Source of the DNA: Prasinococcaceae sp. CCMP 1430
Lineage: Eukaryota > Plantae > Prasinodermophyta
Reading direction: 5' to 3'
DNA: 7,068 nt
NCBI GenBank assembly: GCA_013416795.1
Contig: RQSC01000630.1
Location: forward strand, 286,083 to 293,150
Under the pieces are notes generated by a model, which worked only from the letters and a program-made list of their open reading frames with translations, made no database searches and had not been told where the DNA came from. The position numbers and the translations under genes are program-made. The stretch's first letter is position 1. Each line of letters starts with the position of its first letter. Shown here piece by piece: positions 1-6,455 of the stretch.

Positions 1-352
1 CGCCGCCGCAGGCCCGGAGGAGGGTGGCCAGCGGGCGTGGGCGCCGAGCCCGCGCGGGGCGCGCATGCAGCGCGCAGCGCGCGTGGTCCCTCGGCGTGTG
101 CGCGTAGCGTATGTGTGTGTATACAGAACTCGCGTCGTGGCGCGGTCTTCGGAGAATACAGGTCGCAAGGAGTATATAGTGTGCGCGTTGGTGTGAGGTG
201 CGTACATGTGTGCATGTGCCTCGCGCGCCGTCGGTCGCGAGCAAGAATGAGAGCTCGGAGGAAAAACATGTTGGGCTGGTGGCAGCGCGCGGTCCGACTG
301 GGCCGCCGCCGCCGTGTTTCGTCGTTGCGGCGCCGCCTCGTCCAGCGCCGCC

Positions 353-1512
353 TCACGCCTTGACGCCCATCGCCGCGGGGGGGCGCACGGCCGCGACGCC
401 GGGGACGCCAGGCACGCCGGGGACGCCGGGGACGGCGGGCAGCGCGACGACCCGCAGCGGGACCTCGTCGCGCGGCTGCGGGAGCATCGCGGCGGCCGCC
501 TTGGCCTCGCTCTCCCGCCACCTCTGGCACGCGTTCCGCGCGCACACGACGTCGTCCGTGCAAATGCCGCAGATGCCGCCCGCGGCGAGCTGCCAGCCGA
601 TCACCTCGGCGTCCGCGTTCAGGTCGCCGAAGGTCATGAGCCAGCGCCCGCGCGCGGGTCCGCCCCACGCGCAGAACGCGGGGTCCTGGCGGAGCGCCTT
701 CACCTCGCACACCATGCCGTCGAGGGCGTGCTCCTCGACGAACGCCACCGCCGCCGCCAGCGAGGACCGCCTCCTGTCCGCGTGGCCGCCGGCCGGGCAG
801 AAGCTGGCGTCGGTGAGCATGAGCACGGGCGCCACGTCCGCCGCGCCGGCGGCGCCGCGGACGACGTCCCGCAGGGCGCGGCACGCGTCCGGGTCGAACG
901 ACGAGTAGAACGCGCGCGCGCCCGCCTCCACCACGGCCGCGTGCGTGCGCTCCGCCGCGCGGCGCACCACCGCCTCCCACTCGGCGCGGCCCTCGGGGGT
1001 CTCGCGCAGCGCGTCCGAGCGCGCCTCGGCGAACTTGAGCTCGAGGTTCCACAGCATGTCGGCCGAGGCGGGCACGCTGGCCAGCGCCTCCTCCAGCGTG
1101 GGCAGGTGCCCCTCCACGAGCGCGTCCCACTGCTGGATGGTCTTGGTGCCGTCGACGTTTCGGAAGGGCCGCCCGAGCTGCGCCGCCGGGCGGCCGGACG
1201 CGGCGTCGCCGCCGACGCGCGCGCGCCACTCGGCGAGCGTGAAGTCGCCCACGTCCGAGCACTCGAACGGCGCGCCCTCGCCCCCGCCCCGCTCGCGCCA
1301 GTACACCTTGTCGTCGTGCCATATGACGGGCACGCCGTCCGCGGTCAGCTGCACGTCGAGCTCCAGCCCGTCGGCGCCCGCCGCCGCCGCCACGGCGAAC
1401 GACGCGGGCGTGTTCTCGCGGATCATGCGCCCGGCCGCGGCGCGGCTCTTCTCGTTCCCCCCCGCCCCGCGGTGGCCCATCACCTCCACCCCCGCGCCCA
1501 GCGACGCGCCGC
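353..1512 (-). CDS. GDPD: Glycerophosphodiester phosphodiesterase, GDE5/plant GDPD1-3-like (5' end incomplete, lost in N gap)
   Basis: The frame carries the GDPD motifs in order: VMGHRG, RENT, GLELDVQLTADGVPVIWHD, LPTLEEAL, NLELK, YSSFDPD, LMTFGDLN (plant-type YGxLN) and GICTD. GC3 is strongly biased and the stop is TGA at 355-353. The track start at 1957 is TTG, and reading through the Ns is an artefact. The M at 1480 sits only one residue before GHRG, so the true start is probably upstream. Confidence 0.9.
395..439. repeat. 9-bp tandem repeat, 5 imperfect copies, encoding (PGV)n in the GDPD C-terminal tail
   Basis: Units read gacgccggg gacgccagg cacgccggg gacgccggg gacggcggg. The minus-strand translation is PAVPGVPGVPGVPGV. 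Confidence 0.9.
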
Positions 1513-1746
1513 NNNNNNNNNNNNNNNNNNNNNNNNNNNNNNNNNNNNNNNNNNNNNNNNNNNNNNNNNNNNNNNNNNNNNNNNNNNNNNNNNNNNNNNN
1601 NNNNNNNNNNNNNNNNNNNNNNNNNNNNNNNNNNNNNNNNNNNNNNNNNNNNNNNNNNNNNNNNNNNNNNNNNNNNNNNNNNNNNNNNNNNNNNNNNNNN
1701 NNNNNNNNNNNNNNNNNNNNNNNNNNNNNNNNNNNNNNNNNNNNNN
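1513..1746. other. Assembly gap (234 N)
   Basis: Continuous N run. The true length is unknown, so reading frames cannot be carried across it. Confidence 1.
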
Positions 1747-1885
1747 GGCGCGGCGCGCGGCCTCGAGCCCATCGGTGCGAAGGCGCGCCCCCCGCGAAAA
1801 GGCGCGGAGCGACGCGCGACGAAACGTCGAATCCGGGAGATTCCCCGAGAATCGGGGTTCGCGTGCTCGCGCTGCGCGCGCAGAT

Positions 1886-1942
1886 GCGCGCGCGCGCGCG
1901 CGCGCGAGCTGGCGCGCATGGCCGACGCCGCGCGCGCGCGCG
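1886..1942. repeat. Two alternating (CG)n tracts: (GC)10G at 1886-1906 and (CG)7 at 1929-1942
   Basis: Read directly from the sequence. These are self-complementary purine-pyrimidine alternations. Confidence 0.95.
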
Positions 1943-2512
1943 TTTGGGTATTTCCAAGCGTAGGGTCCACGACGCGCGTCACCCAGCGCCTCAAACGGTG
2001 CGTTCCTCCGCGAGGGGTTCGGGGCCGGGCCGCCGGGTGGGCCCAACGGCGCCCTCCACGCGGCTGTGGGGGGTTCCCACGTGCCACGTCAGGGGCGGCC
2101 ATCAAATGGCATCGGCGCCCGCGCCCGGGCGCGGAAGCGCGTGTCGGTCCAAGCGGTGTCAACCGAACGACGAGGGGAACCTCCGAGACGAATGCCGCGG
2201 GTACCCATGGCCTGCACAGGAGCGATCAGGGTTCACATCAAGTTTAAAAAAGATGTGATCATTCTTTGGGTTCGGCGGTACGACCTCAATTCTGGGCGAA
2301 ACCCCTCACCACCCGCACCATTCATCAGTCAGGTCAGAGCGTTCTCGCTGCCACCGACGGTTCGGAGCTCCGCGCACCAGGGGCACGGGTCGGCAGCTTC
2401 GAAGCGCCTCGATCGATGGAGCGCGCGAACCGACCCGAACCGTGAAAAGCGCGTTTTGGGGTAGGTGAGAGGGTTTTGAGAGGGTTTCTGGCGGGCGCGA
2501 GCTCGAGCGCGC
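1943..2512. promoter_or_regulatory. Probable divergent promoter/5' region between GDPD (-) and the orphan ORF (+)
   Basis: The flanking genes are head-to-head and this stretch lacks coding codon bias. It contains TGGGCCCA (site II-like, 2038-2045), CACGTG (2078-2083) abutting CCACGTCA (2084-2091), and a tandem TGAGAGGGTTT x2 (2466-2487). Motif function is inferred only. Confidence 0.4.
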
Positions 2513-3439
2513 GTGCCGGCGCGCCGCCACGTGCCCTGCGCGCGCGCCGCGACGGCGGTCTCCGCCGCCGCCGCGAGCGTGTACGGCGAGGGCGCCGCGC
2601 CGCTGCTGGCCGCCGCCGGGCGCGCCATCGACGCGGCGCTGGTCGGATCCGTCGCCCTCCCGAGCGACGGTCAGATCATCGAGTACGACGCGGGGAAGCG
2701 GCGCAAGCCGCACGAGGAGGTCAGGCAGGTGGTGACCCTCGGCGGGGAGCGCGGCGACGAGAAGCGCCCCGGGCGCCTCCCCTGGCCGCGAGGCATCGTC
2801 TTCTACGAGGAGGGCTTCGGCCCCAAGGCGAAGGACGCGCCGCCTCGCGAGGAGGGCAGCCCGGCCGCGCCAGGCTGCCTCGTGCGCCCCGTGCGCGCGG
2901 ACATCCGCGCGCTCGCGGCCGAATGGGAGGCGTCCGAGGCGGGGGTGGCCGTGGCGCTCACGATGGAGCTCGAAGCCGCGGGCTTCCGCGGCGACAGGGG
3001 CAGCGTGTGGGTGATGGAGAGGTTCGGAGAGATGCTGGAGAGCGAGTCGACGCGAGCGGCCGCCCGCGGCGCGCTCAGCGCCATGTCGGTGCTCGCCGCC
3101 GACGGCTGCACGATGGTGGGCGTCGCGGCCGTGGAACGCGACGAGCACGAGAGGCTGGCCGAGCGCGCGGGCGCGGCCGGGGGCTGGCGCCAGGTGCCGT
3201 CGCTCGCGCCGCTCTTCGGCGAGCACGGGCTCATAGTGCAGGCGCTGCCGTGCGAGGAGCTGCCGGAGGCGCAGGAGCTGGACGCTGCCGGGGCGGGCCC
3301 CGACGACGTGAGGGTGCCGTACGTCTTCACGGCCAAGCAGATGCGCCTGTCCGAGGCGCAGGTCGAGGCCGTGCACGCGGCCGTCGGCGAGGCCGACGAC
3401 TGGGCGGACGAGGACGGCTTCGAGGACAACCTCAGATGA
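2513..3439 (+). CDS. Hypothetical protein (~300 aa, acidic C-terminus); start unresolved
   Basis: The frame is stop-free from 2480 to TGA 3437-3439, with near-exclusive G/C third positions from about 2579 (gtg tac ggc gag, cag atc atc gag tac gac) and a normal globular composition. The listed start is GTG, there is an in-frame TGA at 2477, and the first ATG is at 2963. No family is recognised. Confidence 0.7.
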   Translation: MPARRHVPCARAATAVSAAAASVYGEGAAPLLAAAGRAIDAALVGSVALPSDGQIIEYDAGKRRKPHEEVRQVVTLGGERGDEKRPGRLPWPRGIVFYEEGFGPKAKDAPPREEGSPAAPGCLVRPVRADIRALAAEWEASEAGVAVALTMELEAAGFRGDRGSVWVMERFGEMLESESTRAAARGALSAMSVLAADGCTMVGVAAVERDEHERLAERAGAAGGWRQVPSLAPLFGEHGLIVQALPCEELPEAQELDAAGAGPDDVRVPYVFTAKQMRLSEAQVEAVHAAVGEADDWADEDGFEDNLR

Positions 3440-3559
3440 CAGATTAAAGGAACGCCGCACCATTTGTTGCCGCGCACTCACGCGAGGCCGAGGCGCCTGG
3501 CGCGCGCGCGCGTGGCGGCCACGGCGTGCGCGGCGTGGATAGGTAGTTCAGACAATGAT

Positions 3560-3564
3560 TTACA
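3560..3564 (-). terminator. Candidate chlorophyte-type poly(A) signal UGUAA for the PI4K transcript
   Basis: Plus-strand TTACA, i.e. minus-strand GTGTGTAAAT. It is the only TGTAA I found on the minus strand between the PI4K stop (3997) and the end of the orphan ORF. UGUAA is the main poly(A) signal of Chlamydomonas and many chlorophytes. Confidence 0.5.
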
Positions 3565-3705
3565 CACGAGTGCCCGCCGCGCGGCCCGCGAGGCTGCTCC
3601 TCTCGAGGCCCGACCCCTGGGTAGTCCAGGGCGCCGGGGTCGTCACGTTTACGTGGTGTGGTGGTACAGTGTGTACATAGTGGTGTTCTCTTCCTTGCGT
3701 GGTCG

Positions 3706-3706
<1 letters not shown>

Positions 3707-3745
<39 letters not shown>
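3707..3745. repeat. (TG)19T microsatellite
   Basis: Perfect dinucleotide run, 39 nt. Confidence 0.97.

Positions 3746-3747
<2 letters not shown>
3743..3747 (+). terminator. Candidate poly(A) signal UGUAA for the plus-strand orphan ORF
   Basis: TGTAA is formed at the 3' end of the TG tract, about 305 nt after the stop at 3439. It is the only plus-strand TGTAA I found in this intergenic region. Confidence 0.5.
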
Positions 3748-3868
3748 GCCAGCAATGCGTAGGTGTGGTGTAGGAAGGTGCTGCGCCCCGTAGGGGGACT
3801 GGTACAAAAATTCTCCTATCGATGAAGTCGGCACGGCAGGTGCTGCCTTGCATCCTTGCTTGCTTGCG

Positions 3869-3916
<48 letters not shown>
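3869..3916. repeat. (TGC)16 trinucleotide microsatellite; reads as a CAG/GCA repeat in the PI4K 3' UTR
   Basis: Perfect 48-nt run, preceded by (CTTG)3C at 3855-3867. It lies 80-130 nt past the PI4K stop and explains the poly-Ala/poly-Cys ORFs in the track. Confidence 0.97.
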
Positions 3917-3996
3917 GTGGGCCACGGTAGATCGCGCGTCGGACGCCCGTCGTACGTGCTGCGTGGCCCTGTTGCTGCGTCCTGCGCGCACGCCTC

Positions 3997-6357
3997 TCAG
4001 AAGCGGCATGAAGTGCTGAGTGGCACCGCGCCCAGCACGCCGGCGCTGTGGACGCCGGCGTGTGCTGCCAGGAACGCGGGAAGCTGTCGCTCCAGCTCGC
4101 GGCGGAAGCTCCTCCACTCGGGGTCGCTCAGCTGGCCGAAGAGTATTGCGCCAGACTGGCTGACGTACTGCGACGAGCGCGCGATGCGGCGCTGCGCGAG
4201 GTCCTGGTGGGCGCCGCGCCCGCCACTGCCGCTGCTGCAGGCGCCGAGGCTGTCCGCGTCCGAGCCGGCGTGCGCGAGCCTGGTGCCGAAGCTGACGCCC
4301 GCCTGGTGGCTGAACGCCATCGGCGGGGCGGCGTCGGCCATCCAGCGGGCGCCCGCGACCGTCCCTCGGCGCTCGCGGACGGGCGAGACGTCGCCGGTCA
4401 CATTCCCGAGGCGCGCTGCAGCAGCGAGGCTGACCTGCGGGTGCTGGACGCCGCCAAACGCTCCGAACTCGAGCTCGGGGTCCGCGTCGTCGCTGCCGAC
4501 GGCGCCGTGCATGAAGTCCCACTTGGAAACCTTCGTGGGCACGTCCATGGCCGGCGACCCCCGCGGCAGCGACGGCGTCGGGATGTCCATCGACTTGGAG
4601 TGCGCGTGCAGGGAAACCCTCAGCGGCGCCGGCCCACGCGACGCAGGGGGCGGCGCGTGCACCGCGGGCGGGGGCGCGTGCATCGCGGGGGGCTCCGCGT
4701 CGTCGTCGAAGTCGAAGAGCGCGTCGGCCTCCTCCGCCAGCACGCCGCCCACCGGGGTGCCAGAGAGGCTGTGCGTGTGCGAGGCGGACCCCGCCGACGA
4801 CGCGTCCTTCGCGTGCAGATCGACGCTCAGCCCCAGGGGGGCGGCTGACCACCGCGCGGAGGGCACCGACGCCAGCAGCGCGTCCATGCACAGCCGCTCC
4901 ATGGGCGAGAGCTGCGCCGCCGAGCGCCTGCTGCCCCTGCTGCCCTTGCTCAGGGCGGTGGGCTGCGTCATGAGCTGGCCGATGTGCGACAGCGTGTACT
5001 CCGCGGCCGCCGCCGCCTTCAGCAGCGTGGTGGTGACGGTGAGCACTCGCAGGCAGTCGGTGCGCAGCATGGGCAGCTCGCGCTGCAGCAGGTCCACGTC
5101 CGCGTCCACGTCCAGGTCGGCGATGTAGTCGAGCTCCTCCTGCGAGAAGGGCAGGCTCGCCTGCGGCCAGTGGAGCCACTCGAAGTAGGGATCCTCGAGC
5201 GTCTCCGGCAGGCAAAAGCCGTGGTCGATCGGAACGAGGGTGAGCTCCGACGCGGGCATCGCCAGCGCGGTGGAAAGGCCGCCGCGAAGCCCGCCCGCGG
5301 TCGGCGACGGGGCGCCACCGCGCGGCTCGTTCACCAGGATGTTGCCCGCGTGGCGGTCGATGTTCAGGATGCGCAGGTCGAGGATGCCGATGCGGTGGAT
5401 GCCCGCCACCGGGAAGCGCGCCGCGCCGTAGTCGTTGGCGTCGCACGAGTGGGGCGCGTACCTCTGGAAGGACGCCAGCTTGGCGATGTTCGTCTTCGAC
5501 GCGGTGCGCGCGAAGCGCAGCGGGCTCGTGGGGCTGAACGTCACGCCCGGCAGGAAGCCAGCATGCGTCGCGCGCACCAGCGCGGTGCACGGCACGTTCG
5601 CAAAGCCGTCGTGGTCCAGCAGGAAGGCAGCGACCTCCCTCAGGGCGGCCTCGCCGACGCGGATGGTGCGCTTGATCCCCGGCTGCCCCAGCGAGCGCCC
5701 GGCGAAGCCCTTGGGGTTGTTCGGCGCGAGCGGCTCCTCGTCGCTCGGCTTGAGCACGCCCACGGGCGTGCCGACCATGTCGCTGAACAGGTACGAGCCG
5801 CCCAGGCCCTCCTCGAGCGGCCTCGGGCACGCGCCGCCCCGGACGCCGCTCATCGCGTCGGCCACCAGCGCCTCCTGCTCGCTGCGGCGGGGGCCGGGCC
5901 GCATGCGACACACCATCTCAAGCGAGAGGCTCGCGCTGTCCCCGCACGCGCGCGGCGAGCCGCAGGAGCTCGTCGTCGCCCCCGACGAGCACCCCAACGA
6001 CTCATCGAGCGGGCTGAGCCCGAACAGGTGCTCGTCGTCATCGGCGGCGCGGCAGGTCGCCTCCTCGTCCGGCACGAGGCAGGGCGTGCTCAAGCTGCGC
6101 GACAGGCCGCGCGTGAGCAGCAGCGGCTCGCCCTCCTGGATGTCCAGCGCGGTGAGCGGCGCGCTGTTGCTGAGCGCCCGACCCCGCGCGAGCAGCTCGG
6201 TCTGGAAGCGGTCGATGCTCACGCCGAGCTTCTGCGCGACCTTGCGTTTCACCTCCTTGACACCGTCGTCGCGCTCGACCTCGATGTCGATGAGGCTGCC
6301 AGAGGCGCCCTCCTGCACCAGCAGGTGGCGCCTGCCCACCACGTGCGTGGAGGCCAT
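3997..6357 (-). CDS. PI4KG: Type II phosphatidylinositol 4-kinase gamma, plant gamma5/6/7-like (UBL + PI3/4-kinase domain), 786 aa
   Basis: ATG at 6357 is in a gccATGg context (the track start at 6366 is GTG; in-frame TAA at 6393-6391). The N-terminal UBL is followed by RSLSTPCL. Kinase motifs are GLGGSY, LKPSDEEPLAPNNPKGF, REVAAFLLDH, HRIGILDLRILNIDRHAGN and PIDHGFCLPETLEDPYFEWLHWPQAS. The LFDFD motif and terminal LSDPEWRSF...TSCRF match the gamma5-7 clade ends as I recall them. Single open frame, TGA at 3999-3997. Confidence 0.95.
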   Translation of the reverse strand: MASTHVVGRRHLLVQEGASGSLIDIEVERDDGVKEVKRKVAQKLGVSIDRFQTELLARGRALSNSAPLTALDIQEGEPLLLTRGLSRSLSTPCLVPDEEATCRAADDDEHLFGLSPLDESLGCSSGATTSSCGSPRACGDSASLSLEMVCRMRPGPRRSEQEALVADAMSGVRGGACPRPLEEGLGGSYLFSDMVGTPVGVLKPSDEEPLAPNNPKGFAGRSLGQPGIKRTIRVGEAALREVAAFLLDHDGFANVPCTALVRATHAGFLPGVTFSPTSPLRFARTASKTNIAKLASFQRYAPHSCDANDYGAARFPVAGIHRIGILDLRILNIDRHAGNILVNEPRGGAPSPTAGGLRGGLSTALAMPASELTLVPIDHGFCLPETLEDPYFEWLHWPQASLPFSQEELDYIADLDVDADVDLLQRELPMLRTDCLRVLTVTTTLLKAAAAAEYTLSHIGQLMTQPTALSKGSRGSRRSAAQLSPMERLCMDALLASVPSARWSAAPLGLSVDLHAKDASSAGSASHTHSLSGTPVGGVLAEEADALFDFDDDAEPPAMHAPPPAVHAPPPASRGPAPLRVSLHAHSKSMDIPTPSLPRGSPAMDVPTKVSKWDFMHGAVGSDDADPELEFGAFGGVQHPQVSLAAAARLGNVTGDVSPVRERRGTVAGARWMADAAPPMAFSHQAGVSFGTRLAHAGSDADSLGACSSGSGGRGAHQDLAQRRIARSSQYVSQSGAILFGQLSDPEWRSFRRELERQLPAFLAAHAGVHSAGVLGAVPLSTSCRF
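6109..6333 (-). other. Ubiquitin-like domain of PI4KG (about aa 9-83)
   Basis: RRHLLVQ...IDIEVERDDGVKEVKRKVAQKLGV...ELLARGRALSNSAPLTALDIQEGEPLLLTR follows the beta-grasp pattern. There is no C-terminal di-glycine. Confidence 0.75.
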
Positions 6358-6455
6358 GGCGATCACCTCTGCCTCGCTAGGCGAGGCGTATTATCAGCTG
6401 CGCTTCTCCTCCCCACGCCGCGTCTCCCCCCGCTCCCCCCTTTCGCCCCCAATCC

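Noticed and set aside
1-110. Possible 3' tail of a plus-strand gene entering from the left
   Set aside because: It is too short, no frame stands out, and the adjacent GT-rich DNA fits a UTR. It cannot be supported.
1829-1857. Short hairpins CCCCGA-GAA-TCGGGG and GAATC-N5-GATTC
   Set aside because: Stems of 5-6 bp are common at this GC content and there is no supporting context.
2295-2328. Hammerhead ribozyme core (CUGAUGA ... GAAAC)
   Set aside because: CTGATGA is on the minus strand and CGAAAC on the plus strand, so they cannot form one core.
2260-2410. tRNA-like GGTTCG motifs
   Set aside because: There is no cloverleaf, no proper A box or GTTCRA B box, and no acceptor stem.
2066-2464. 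132-aa ORF in the same frame as the orphan ORF, as a possible first exon
   Set aside because: It has no coding codon bias and ends in TAG 2462. The only frame-preserving splice I found uses an atypical GAG acceptor (2577).
1747-2512. P1BS (GNATATNC) phosphate-starvation element expected for a GDPD promoter; GTAC copper-response cores at 2201 and 2278
   Set aside because: No P1BS was found in the visible sequence, although the gap is unseen. Two GTAC 4-mers are about what chance gives.
2306-3481. 391-aa antisense ORF opposite the orphan gene
   Set aside because: It is the in-register mirror of a GC3-rich sense frame, is rich in Arg/His/Leu, and codon bias favours the plus strand.
3997-4011. 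C-terminal TSCRF as a CaaX prenylation signal
   Set aside because: The Cys is third from the end, not fourth.
3560-5911. 783-aa alternative-frame ORF overlapping PI4KG, and other long Arg/Gly/Ala-rich ORFs (314-1963, 945-2258, 2476-3447, 3848-5128, 4984-6753)
   Set aside because: These are shadow frames expected from extreme GC3 bias. They have low-complexity composition, run through microsatellites or Ns, and show no motifs.
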